This document shows, one piece after another, positions 8,444 through 16,972 of a stretch of DNA of 37,638 nucleotides; position 1 is the stretch's first letter; every line of letters starts with the position of its first letter. Source of the DNA: an uncultured Candidatus Planktophila sp. (GTDB taxonomy: Bacteria > Actinomycetota > Actinomycetes > Nanopelagicales > Nanopelagicaceae); the NCBI GenBank assembly GCA_964624105.1, contig CAZUWN010000001.1, positions 1 to 37,638 on the forward strand. The letters are read 5' to 3'. The translations under genes were made by a program, and so were the position numbers. The notes beneath the pieces were generated by a model. The model was not told the DNA's origin, made no database searches, and saw only the letters and a list, made by a program, of their open reading frames with translations.

Positions 8444-10830
8444 AGGTCACCCAGCATATAACTGACTACTCCCCGATCAATGCGCTTAACTGCCTCGCGA
8501 CAAGTTGGGCGCAGCTTTTCGCTAGCCGCTGCGATTTGATTCATGAGATCGATTAGCTGTTTGGTTGATCTAACAAAGTCGCCAACTGACATATCGCTAC
8601 CTTTTAAAACGTTATTTAATGAATTGCCATTAGCCCATCGGTAGGAGATGTAACAGAAGCCAAGATCTGGAGCTTTTTGTGTCTGCACTTGATGCTTTTC
8701 TTCGATCTCTTCCAGCTGGCCCCACACATGTGCGATCTCACCCAACGCATTGGCCACATTTTGATGCGGGATTTTTGGCGCTAAATCTTCCTGGGAACGA
8801 GATTGATAAATCATGCAAGAGACAACCGATAGCAATTCAGCCGGATTTAACTCATCGAGTAAGCCCAATCGAATAGTTTCAGTTAGTAGTAGGTCAGATT
8901 CGGCGTAAATTTTGGCCAAGATCTTTCCTTGGGCCAGAGGTTTTTCACCCTCGATATATCCGAGTTCATCTAGAACTGCGCAGATACGATCAAAAGTTTT
9001 GGCAATAACGTGTGTGCGGTTCTCAATGCGATTAGTAAGTCCTTCATTCTCGCGACGTAATCGACCGGCTCGCTCTTGGATACGTGCGTGTGCTTCGCGT
9101 TCATTGCAACCATGGCAGGCATGATTTCGTAACGCCTTGCGTAGTTGATCGATCTCACCTTCAAGATGCTGACGCTGTCTATTATCAAATGTCTTACGTC
9201 CGCCACGTTTTGATAACAGCGCCTCGAGCTCTTTAACTTCACGGCGCATCGATGCGTACTGATTAAAATCACCTAAGTGGCATTGCGCCGAATCTACGAG
9301 TTCATCGATTGCAGTCTGATTACGTCGCACTTGTCGATCAAGTCCAACCACAGCACGATCAGCTTGGAACTGCGCAAAGGAAGACTCAAGTGAACCGCGA
9401 GCCCGCTCGCGACCAAAGCGACTAATCAAATTGATTGCCATGTTGTAGGTGGGAGTAAATGATGAACGCAGCGGATAAGTTCGCGTGGAAGCTAAGCCAG
9501 CGGCAGTTGCTGAATCTACTGAAGGAGACCATTGCACAACCGCGTTACCTTCAATATCAATGCCACGACGCCCTGCCCGACCGGTTAACTGCGTGTACTC
9601 CCCTGGCGTGATCGGCACATGCGCTTCACCATTCCACTTAGTTAACTTCTCTAACACCACTGTTCGCGCTGGCATATTGATTCCAAGCGCTAGCGTTTCA
9701 GTCGCAAATACCGCCTTGATGTAGCCACGTTTAAAGAGATCTTCAATGGCTTCCTTGAAACTTGGTAGTAAGCCAGCATGGTGCGCGGCGATGCCTCGTT
9801 CTAGCGCACTTAACCATTGATCAAAACCAAGCACTGCTAAATCTTCTTCAGCTAAGTTCTGTGTGTAATACAGAGCCGTCTTGGTAATTTCGGCACGTTC
9901 TTCGGAATTAGTAAGGCGTAGCCCGGCGTTTAGACATTGATTCACTGCCGCATCGCAACCAGCCCGAGAGAAGATGAAAGTAATCGCAGGTAAAAGATTT
10001 TCTCGATTTAACTTCTCAATAATGTCGGCCCGCGATAACCGGCTTTCGTTTTGACCAAAACGCTCGCGTCTATTTCGGTCAGTGTGAACTTTGCGCATCG
10101 CTTCGCGTTCGAGTTTTAGAATCTCAGGATTTACTTGTCCGGGCTTACTAAAAAGATCGACTAAACGTTGCCCAATCAGCACATGCTGATAAAGCGGAAT
10201 AGGTCTGACTTCGCTCACAACGACTGTGGTATTACCGCGAATCTCGTTTAACCATTCGCCAAACTCTTCGGCATTTGAAACTGTGGCCGAAAGGGAAATA
10301 ACTTGCACGCTCTCCATCAAGTGAATAAGTACTTCTTCCCAGACTCCCCCGCGAAACTTATCGGCCAGATAATGAACTTCATCCATTACTACCCAGCCCA
10401 AATTGTTCAGTGTGTTGGATCCGGCATAAAGCATGTTGCGCAGAACTTCAGTAGTCATTACCAAGATGTCAGCTTCACTATTAATACTGGTATCACCCGT
10501 TAGTAAGCCAACTTTTTCTTCACCAAAACGTTCAACGAACTCGGCAAACTTTTGATTCGATAACGCCTTAATCGGGGTGGTGTAGAAACATTTCTTGCCA
10601 TTCTTAAGCGCGAAATATGCGGCGAATTCACCCACCACGGTCTTTCCAGCACCGGTTGGCGCAGCAACTAATACGCCATGTCCATCTTCGAGCGCATGGC
10701 AAGCTTCGATCTGAAAATCATCGAAACCAAAATCAAAAGAGTCGATGAATTCCTGAGTTACTGCATGCTTAGCGCGTGATTTGGCCGCTGCATATGCTTC
10801 GGCGGGTGAAAGTTGATCCGCGCCGCTCAT
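8440..10830 (-). CDS. helY: Ski2-like DEAD/DEAH-box RNA helicase HelY
   Basis: APTGAGKT, PIKALSNQK, DEVH, LSAT, ATETLALGINMPA, QLTGRAGRRG, C-terminal DSHCT GDFVR. The ATG at 10830 overlaps the upstream stop. Confidence 0.93.
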   Translation of the reverse strand: MSGADQLSPAEAYAAAKSRAKHAVTQEFIDSFDFGFDDFQIEACHALEDGHGVLVAAPTGAGKTVVGEFAAYFALKNGKKCFYTTPIKALSNQKFAEFVERFGEEKVGLLTGDTSINSEADILVMTTEVLRNMLYAGSNTLNNLGWVVMDEVHYLADKFRGGVWEEVLIHLMESVQVISLSATVSNAEEFGEWLNEIRGNTTVVVSEVRPIPLYQHVLIGQRLVDLFSKPGQVNPEILKLEREAMRKVHTDRNRRERFGQNESRLSRADIIEKLNRENLLPAITFIFSRAGCDAAVNQCLNAGLRLTNSEERAEITKTALYYTQNLAEEDLAVLGFDQWLSALERGIAAHHAGLLPSFKEAIEDLFKRGYIKAVFATETLALGINMPARTVVLEKLTKWNGEAHVPITPGEYTQLTGRAGRRGIDIEGNAVVQWSPSVDSATAAGLASTRTYPLRSSFTPTYNMAINLISRFGRERARGSLESSFAQFQADRAVVGLDRQVRRNQTAIDELVDSAQCHLGDFNQYASMRREVKELEALLSKRGGRKTFDNRQRQHLEGEIDQLRKALRNHACHGCNEREAHARIQERAGRLRRENEGLTNRIENRTHVIAKTFDRICAVLDELGYIEGEKPLAQGKILAKIYAESDLLLTETIRLGLLDELNPAELLSVVSCMIYQSRSQEDLAPKIPHQNVANALGEIAHVWGQLEEIEEKHQVQTQKAPDLGFCYISYRWANGNSLNNVLKGSDMSVGDFVRSTKQLIDLMNQIAAASEKLRPTCREAVKRIDRGVVSYMLGDL

Positions 10831-11693
10831 GCGGGCCAAGTTAGCAGGCTTTGCGGTAAAGATTCGACTTGAACTGGCAGTTGACCGATTCGTTCACCAT
10901 CGGCATAGGCAACAGCAGAAGATTCGATTCGAATCGCCTTCGCCCGTATTACCTCAACCTGCGGGTGTTCAATATGAGTTCCTTTATAAACCGTCGGGAA
11001 TACCTTGATGAATTCCAACTTCGAAACTGGATGCAGAATCATGACGTCAAAAAATCCATCATGTAAATCGGCATCCGGACAAACTTGCATACCGCCGCCG
11101 TAGGACCGACCATTTCCGATGGCTATCAACATCGCTTCAACTTCTAAGACTTTTTCATCTGCGAAAATTTTGAATTCAATTGCTTTGAATTTTGGAAATT
11201 CAAGAGCAATAGCCGCATTGTATTTAGCTGGACCCTTCGGCCATTTCAGTTTGTTTGCCCGTTCGTTAACAACCGAATCAAAACCACTTGATAAAACAGC
11301 GCCAAAATACTCGCCATCTACCACCCCAATATCTACCAAACTAGGTGGCGCCGAATTCAGATGTTCTAAATAATCTGTTAGATCGTGGTTAAACCAACCT
11401 AAAGTTCGATAGAAATCATTTCCAGTTCCACCGGGAGCAATGGCTAATGGAACTTTAAACTCAATGGCAAACTGCAGTAACAGGTGAAAGAGACCATCTC
11501 CCCCAACGCTAAGCAACCTGGTGGCTTCGCCGTTTTGTAGCGATTCCCGGACCAACGATTTAGTTTCTGTAGCGCTATTCGGTGAAATCATGCGATAGGC
11601 AATCTCGCGAGATTGTAGGAATCCAACTACTTGGGTAGCCAGTGAAGCAGCGGCGCCCAAGCCTGCTTTAGGGTTTACGACCACCAACCACAT
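10827..11693 (-). CDS. Diacylglycerol/lipid kinase family protein (YegS/BmrU-like)
   Basis: VVVNPKAG, VGGDG, PGGTGNDF, GNGRSYGGGM, YADGE. Confidence 0.9.
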   Translation of the reverse strand: MWLVVVNPKAGLGAAASLATQVVGFLQSREIAYRMISPNSATETKSLVRESLQNGEATRLLSVGGDGLFHLLLQFAIEFKVPLAIAPGGTGNDFYRTLGWFNHDLTDYLEHLNSAPPSLVDIGVVDGEYFGAVLSSGFDSVVNERANKLKWPKGPAKYNAAIALEFPKFKAIEFKIFADEKVLEVEAMLIAIGNGRSYGGGMQVCPDADLHDGFFDVMILHPVSKLEFIKVFPTVYKGTHIEHPQVEVIRAKAIRIESSAVAYADGERIGQLPVQVESLPQSLLTWPA

Positions 11694-11715
11694 GAGGCAA
11701 ACCTACCGATTCAAA

Positions 11716-12525
11716 TTAATCTATTGGTGATGCGGATGGATCGAAATCTGCCGAATCTTGACCTTGTTTGCGTTTGTCTCTGCGCTTATCCAGCAGCAGT
11801 GCGATTAGGCCAGCTAGGAAGTAGAGAACGATCAATGGCCCAGCCAGGAAACTCATGGTTATTGGATCTGATGTTGGCGTTAAAGCGGCAGCCGCTAAAG
11901 TTATTGAGAAGACCCAGATTCGCCAAGGCTTCAAAATTGTCGAGCCCCGTAAGAAGCCGATCAAATTAAAAGTTAATAGGAATACTGGCAGCTCGAAAGC
12001 CAAACCAAAAAGCAGAATAATTCTGAGTACAAAATCTAAATAATCATCAAATCTAATTAGGTTCGTCAAGGCATCGGGAGTAAAACCAAATAAAACCTTA
12101 ATCGCAACCGGGAGGATGAGATAACCAATGGTGGAACCGAGTGCAAAGAACGGTGTGGCGGCGAAGAGAAAGAGAATTGAATAACGCTTCTCTTTACGGT
12201 GCAAAGCTGGTGCGATAAATGCCCAAAGCTGATAAAGCCAAACTGGCGCGGCCAGAATTACGCCACTTAAAATGGCAACTTTAATCTGCAGATTTAGCGG
12301 CCCTAAAACTCCGTTTATATAAAGCGAGCCGCATTCATCTGAGGCTGTTGCTCTCGCTGTTGCGAGGTCACATACCGGCATAGCAAGTTGGGTAATTATT
12401 TGGTCATAGAGAAACCAACCAGCGGTGGATGCTACGAGAATTGCGATGATTGAACGCAGAAACCTTTTTCGGAATTCACCCAGATGTTCAAGTAAGGGCA
12501 TCTTCCCTTTGTTGCGTTTGGACAT
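11716..12525 (-). CDS. tatC: Twin-arginine translocase subunit TatC
   Basis: MPLLEHLGEFRKR, PVWLYQLWAFIAPALHRKE, FGLAFELP, TPTSDP. Confidence 0.96.
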   Translation of the reverse strand: MSKRNKGKMPLLEHLGEFRKRFLRSIIAILVASTAGWFLYDQIITQLAMPVCDLATARATASDECGSLYINGVLGPLNLQIKVAILSGVILAAPVWLYQLWAFIAPALHRKEKRYSILFLFAATPFFALGSTIGYLILPVAIKVLFGFTPDALTNLIRFDDYLDFVLRIILLFGLAFELPVFLLTFNLIGFLRGSTILKPWRIWVFSITLAAAALTPTSDPITMSFLAGPLIVLYFLAGLIALLLDKRRDKRKQGQDSADFDPSASPID

Positions 12526-12536
12526 AACGAAAACGA

Positions 12537-12710
12537 CTACTTAGTAGATGAGTCGTCATCTTTCTTGTCGTCGTCCTTCATCTCTTTCATTTCAGATTTA
12601 AAAATACGAAGTGAGCGACCAAGAGAGCGAGCTGAATCGGGCAGGCGCTTAGCCCCGAAAAGGACGGCAATGACAATCAGAATTACGATTAACTCTTGAC
12701 CACGTGGCAT
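12537..12710 (-). CDS. tatA: Twin-arginine translocase subunit TatA (57 aa, absent from ORF track)
   Basis: Manual translation gives [57 protein letters not shown]. It has the FGxxxLP hinge, an AAGGAG RBS, and lies directly upstream of tatC. Confidence 0.95.
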   Translation of the reverse strand: MPRGQELIVILIVIAVLFGAKRLPDSARSLGRSLRIFKSEMKEMKDDDKKDDDSSTK

Positions 12711-12792
12711 TTAATTACTCCTTAAGTTTCAACTGCTATGGGTAAACGCTACTGCATGATTTAGGGCTGGCGCTCAGTTCAATCTTTAGAAA

Positions 12793-13701
12793 TCAATGGT
12801 AATTTTCCAAAGCAGCCATGGCTCGAGCATGCACTGCGGCTCTAATCTGAGTCGGCGCAATAGCTTCAACCTGTCCGGCTAGCGACAGGATTGCTCTGGA
12901 AATCCAAGGTGCGCTATAGCCCTGGATGGTTGCCGTTGCAGAATTCGCCGATATTTGTGGCAACACCTCGAGAACCTGGCGAGATGCGGCATGAACCTTC
13001 ACTTCGTATTCAATCGCCTCATCGTTGGCAGCTAGTTGGTTACTTGGCCAGAGTTGATCCGCTATTTCTGAAACAGCAACAATTCGATCGGCGCGGAAAT
13101 TACGGATAGCTTTTGCGTTATCACAATACCCTTGCAGATATTCATGCGAACCCGACTGTGAGAGTTCATATGGTGCTACTTGCCTCTTAGTCACTTGATC
13201 GTTTGCAGCCGAGTGATAGGTGATCTCGAGCCAACCACGACGACGAATTGCCCGCAGAATTAAGGCTCGCAGTTCAGAAGCAAGGCTCGCCTCAATTTGA
13301 ACTTGCGGTGCAGAAATCAATTGAGAGCGTAATTGCTCTTGCAGGTTCGTAATCTCTGTGACCAGTGAACCATTGGAACCACCCAACTCTGCACTTAAAA
13401 GATCTAATCCCATATAAATCGAAAGTGCTTCGGCGCGATCTAGCGCACGTGGTGCAGCTAAAGTCTCGGCATTTCGAATTGAAACAAAGCCGGATTCAAA
13501 CTCGAGATCGATTAGTTCAAGCGGTGTGTAGCCAGGAAGCCCACACATCCAGAGGGTATTTAGATCATCGGTAATTTCTTTTACAGTTGCATTAAATGTT
13601 TTCGCTAATTCGGATATTGCGATGCCTTGGTGAGTCGTTAAATAAGGAACTAAATCCAATAGTCGTGCAGTACGGGCCAGTCCCGATTCTTGTTTAGCCA
13701 T
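12793..13701 (-). CDS. pafC: HTH-WYL transcriptional regulator PafC
   Basis: RLLDLVPYL, DLNTLWMCGLPGYTPLELID, WYL-domain region EYLQGYC...RNFRADRI; paired with pafB upstream of tatA. Confidence 0.88.
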   Translation of the reverse strand: MAKQESGLARTARLLDLVPYLTTHQGIAISELAKTFNATVKEITDDLNTLWMCGLPGYTPLELIDLEFESGFVSIRNAETLAAPRALDRAEALSIYMGLDLLSAELGGSNGSLVTEITNLQEQLRSQLISAPQVQIEASLASELRALILRAIRRRGWLEITYHSAANDQVTKRQVAPYELSQSGSHEYLQGYCDNAKAIRNFRADRIVAVSEIADQLWPSNQLAANDEAIEYEVKVHAASRQVLEVLPQISANSATATIQGYSAPWISRAILSLAGQVEAIAPTQIRAAVHARAMAALENYH

Positions 13702-14632
13702 GAATTTTCACCAAAGTTTCCAGGGCAGAAACAACTGCGCTTCTGAGTTGGACCGGTGATGAAACGATTACATCTTCACCATGCCAAAGAACTAAGTTAG
13801 TTATGAAATCAAGATCGAATATCGGTACTTCAAGCAGATCCCAGTCATCGGCAGTCTCGATAGTGGTGGCCAGGCGCCGAAGCTGGTATCCAGCACCAGG
13901 TCGGACTTGTAGAACAGCTAACGGAGTTTCAATTGCTGGTTCGAGCTCGGCGATTTCAAAAGTTGCCGGGATTGCATAACTTTGCGTTTTTCCAATTGTG
14001 GTTACAACGCCCTGGATTCGATCAACTCGAAAGTTTCGTATCGCGCTTTTCTCGGTATCTAACCCGATTAGATACCAGTGTGATTTACGCGCTTGAACTC
14101 CATAAACCTGCAACTGGCGTTTCTGCGCGACGCCCTGAATATTTAAGTAATCGAACTCAATGGTGGTTAGCGAAGTTAGTGCATCTAATGCGCTTCGCAA
14201 GTTTTCATCAGCACCAATAAGTTTCGGGGCCATTACTGGTAACTGAGATGAGTCGGTATCTAAACCAATTGAAGTCAACTTGCGAAGCGCTTGTTGGGAA
14301 AGATCAGTAAATGCGGCATCTTGCCAAGCTTGGGCAGCTAACGAAAGCAGCGTGACTTGGGTCGGCGTTAAATCACGTAGTGAAAGTGCGTAACTCTCAG
14401 GTCGAATGCGATATCCCGCTTCATCATCGAAAAGTGGATCTAAGCCACCAACTTCAATCTGAATTCCTAATTTACGTAAATCATCCTTATCACGTTCGAA
14501 CATGCGCTCTTTAGCTTCCGCGCTACCTTCGTAGCCTTCGATATTTCTAAATATTTCGTTCTTGGTCAAATATCTTTTAGTAGCTAGTAGCGCAATGGTT
14601 AAATTAACTAGGCGCTCATTCTTCCGCGACAC
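13694..14632 (-). CDS. pafB: HTH-WYL transcriptional regulator PafB
   Basis: ERLVNLTIALL, RMFERDKDDLR.LG, GYRI, HWYLIGLD...RNFRVDRI. Confidence 0.9.
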   Translation of the reverse strand: MSRKNERLVNLTIALLATKRYLTKNEIFRNIEGYEGSAEAKERMFERDKDDLRKLGIQIEVGGLDPLFDDEAGYRIRPESYALSLRDLTPTQVTLLSLAAQAWQDAAFTDLSQQALRKLTSIGLDTDSSQLPVMAPKLIGADENLRSALDALTSLTTIEFDYLNIQGVAQKRQLQVYGVQARKSHWYLIGLDTEKSAIRNFRVDRIQGVVTTIGKTQSYAIPATFEIAELEPAIETPLAVLQVRPGAGYQLRRLATTIETADDWDLLEVPIFDLDFITNLVLWHGEDVIVSSPVQLRSAVVSALETLVKIHG

Positions 14633-15503
14633 CGTAAGCTCCTTTCGCAGGGCGACGACGGCGTGCCAACACTTCTACGCCAGGCGCCATGCGTCGGCTA
14701 ATGATTAGAAAACCGGTATGAGCGATCATGCGCTGTTGCGGGCGCACTGCTAAACCTTCGTGATGCCAACCGCGAATCATGGATTCATTACTTTCAGGTT
14801 CAGTAAATCGGCCGTCAGCTTTTAGCGCCTCTGCAGTTGCTGACAACTGGGTGGTTGTTGCGACGTAAGCTAAGAAAACGCCACCTGGCCGCAAAACATT
14901 TGCCGCCATATCTACGCATTCCCATGGGGCTAACATGTCCAGAACAACGCGATCAAATTGATGTGAAAATTCTTTTTCTTGCACCGAACCTAGATCGCAA
15001 CTCCAGTTGCTAGGTGTCTCGCCGAAATAATCGGCCACATTTGCTTTAGCAATATCGGCAAATTCTTCGCGACGTTCCACTGAATGAACGAGCCCTTCAG
15101 CCCCAACAGCGCGAAGCAAGGTAATAGTTAAAGCGCCACTACCAACACCTGCTTCGAGCACTCGTGCACCTGGATAAATATCAGCAAAGCCCAAAATGAA
15201 TGCGGCATCTTTTGGATAAACGATGGTTGCTCCGCGTGGCATGGACAAGACATAGTCACCGAGTAGTGGTTTGAAGGCTGTGAATTTTAAGCCCGCGGTT
15301 GTGCTGATAACCGAGCCTTCGGGAATTCCGACTAACTCGTCATGAACGATCCAGCCTTTATGGGTATGCCATTCCTTGCCGGCGGTAATAGTTAAGGAAT
15401 ACATCTTGCCTTTGGGATCGGTTAGTTGAATTCGATCACCGTATGCAAAAGTGCCCGCTTGTAGCGAAGCGAGTGATTTCGGAGCCGGGGTATTTTCGGA
15501 CAT
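14616..15503 (-). CDS. trmI: tRNA (adenine(58)-N1)-methyltransferase
   Basis: MPRGATIVYPKD, VLEAGVGSGALT, DRVVLDMLAPW, VRPQQRMIAHTGFL. Confidence 0.95.
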   Translation of the reverse strand: MSENTPAPKSLASLQAGTFAYGDRIQLTDPKGKMYSLTITAGKEWHTHKGWIVHDELVGIPEGSVISTTAGLKFTAFKPLLGDYVLSMPRGATIVYPKDAAFILGFADIYPGARVLEAGVGSGALTITLLRAVGAEGLVHSVERREEFADIAKANVADYFGETPSNWSCDLGSVQEKEFSHQFDRVVLDMLAPWECVDMAANVLRPGGVFLAYVATTTQLSATAEALKADGRFTEPESNESMIRGWHHEGLAVRPQQRMIAHTGFLIISRRMAPGVEVLARRRRPAKGAYGVAEE

Positions 15504-15546
15504 GACCGCATCCTAGTTCAGCCAGAGTGTGAAAGTCAGCCCAACT

Positions 15547-15569
15547 TTGTCGCACCTATGGCCTATCTT
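15547..15569 (+). promoter_or_regulatory. PafBC-type (RecA-NDp) DNA-damage promoter
   Basis: TTGTCGC-ACCTATGGCC(10 nt)-TATCTT matches TGTCGG-N10-TAnnnT with one mismatch. An in-frame GTG follows 6 nt after the -10. Confidence 0.7.
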
Positions 15570-15575
15570 GAGCGA

Positions 15576-16328
15576 GTGGCAAATATGCGGTTATCCCCCA
15601 GTCGAGTTTCAGAGTTTACGAATTGTCCACAACTCTACAAATATCGCAGCATTGATAAATTACCCGAACCGCCAAGCATTGATGCCGAACGTGGCACGCT
15701 AGTTCACACGGTTCTTCACGATTTATTTGAGTCCCCTGCTGAACTTAGAAATTTAGATACTGCAGTTGAACTCTTGCCGTCACGTTGGCAAGCTCAATTA
15801 GCGGCCAAACCAGACTTAGCACCATTGATTAGTAACGAAAAAGAGTGGATTGATCGCGCAAATGCGCTGTTGGCCACCTATTTCAAGTTGGAAAAGCCCG
15901 AAACTTTTGAACCAAGTTTTAGAGAGTTGCACCTTGAATTCGACTTGAATTCAGATCTATACCTACATGGTTATGTAGATCGACTAGATGTAGCACCAAC
16001 CGGTGAAGTTCGAATCGTTGATTACAAAACTGGTAAATCACCGAAACCAGGCTGGGAAGCTAAAGCGCTTTTTCAATTACAGGTTTACGCACTTCTTTAC
16101 TACAAGACACATAACGTATTGCCGAGGTTGCTGCTGCTGATCTATTTAGGCGATGGTGCTTTGGTAAAAAGTACGCCAACGTTGGCCGATCTGGCTGCAA
16201 CTGAAGCGACGCTAATTCGCATTGCAAATGAAATAAAATTAGCTATCGAGAAAGATCTCTGGCCTACCAAACCATCACGGTTATGTGATTGGTGCTACTT
16301 TAAAGCGATCTGTCCTGCTCATACTTAA
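15576..16328 (+). CDS. RecB-family PD-(D/E)XK nuclease, Cas4-like with four-Cys Fe-S motif
   Basis: LSPSRVSEFTNCP, RGTLVH.VL, HGYVDRLD...IVDYKTG, FQLQVYAL, LCDWCYFKAICP. Leaderless GTG at 15576 preferred (alternative ATG at 15585). Confidence 0.88.
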   Translation: MANMRLSPSRVSEFTNCPQLYKYRSIDKLPEPPSIDAERGTLVHTVLHDLFESPAELRNLDTAVELLPSRWQAQLAAKPDLAPLISNEKEWIDRANALLATYFKLEKPETFEPSFRELHLEFDLNSDLYLHGYVDRLDVAPTGEVRIVDYKTGKSPKPGWEAKALFQLQVYALLYYKTHNVLPRLLLLIYLGDGALVKSTPTLADLAATEATLIRIANEIKLAIEKDLWPTKPSRLCDWCYFKAICPAHT

Positions 16329-16971
16329 GCGCTAACTTTTCATAACTCCAGTTAGCTAGTGAATCAGTCACGTCAACCCGACCGCTCTTCTCAATCGGAA
16401 CTAAGTGAGGCACGGCCAATACCCACGCGCCAGAAGCTTTCGCTGCCGTAACACCAGTTAGGGAATCTTCTAGTACTAGTGAATTGGAAATCTCGTGTCC
16501 GCCACTAGAAGCTGCTAGTAAATAACCCTCTGGATCTGGTTTTGAAACTTTCACATCGCCACTTGAAATCGATCTAACAAATGGATTTTCCTCGAAGTTA
16601 CTCAACGCGGCATCTACTAGCGATCTTGGACTCGCCGAAACTAAAGTTAATGGAACCCCATACGCTCGAAGGTCATTTATGAGCGCGATCGCGCCAGGCA
16701 TAAATGGCAGATCACCTTTGAATTTTTCTACCATGCGATCAATGATTTCCGTCATTAGCGAGTGCCCGTCGCGCTTCCCGCCGATTAAGCCGGACATGTA
16801 GTTACCAATTCGATCTAGCGGGCCGCCTAAACATGCAGCTTGATCGGACTCGAGCCATTGGTAGCCGTACTCAGCCATCATTTGAGTTTCGGAAATTAAC
16901 CAGAGAGGTTCGGAGTCAACCAATAAACCATCCATGTCGAAAAAAACTGCGCTATAGAAATCCTTACGCAT
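16300..16971 (-). CDS. HAD-family phosphatase (subfamily IA)
   Basis: FFDMDGLLVDSE, LVSAS, SKPDPEGY, VLEDSLTG. The start at 16971 abuts the metH stop. Confidence 0.9.
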   Translation of the reverse strand: MRKDFYSAVFFDMDGLLVDSEPLWLISETQMMAEYGYQWLESDQAACLGGPLDRIGNYMSGLIGGKRDGHSLMTEIIDRMVEKFKGDLPFMPGAIALINDLRAYGVPLTLVSASPRSLVDAALSNFEENPFVRSISSGDVKVSKPDPEGYLLAASSGGHEISNSLVLEDSLTGVTAAKASGAWVLAVPHLVPIEKSGRVDVTDSLANWSYEKLALKYEQDRSL

Positions 16972-16972
16972 A

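Noticed and set aside
15576-16328. Cas4-like nuclease next to WYL genes as a CRISPR/defence island
   Set aside because: There is no repeat-spacer array or other cas gene, and the WYL pair is core pafBC in its usual tatAC-helY context.
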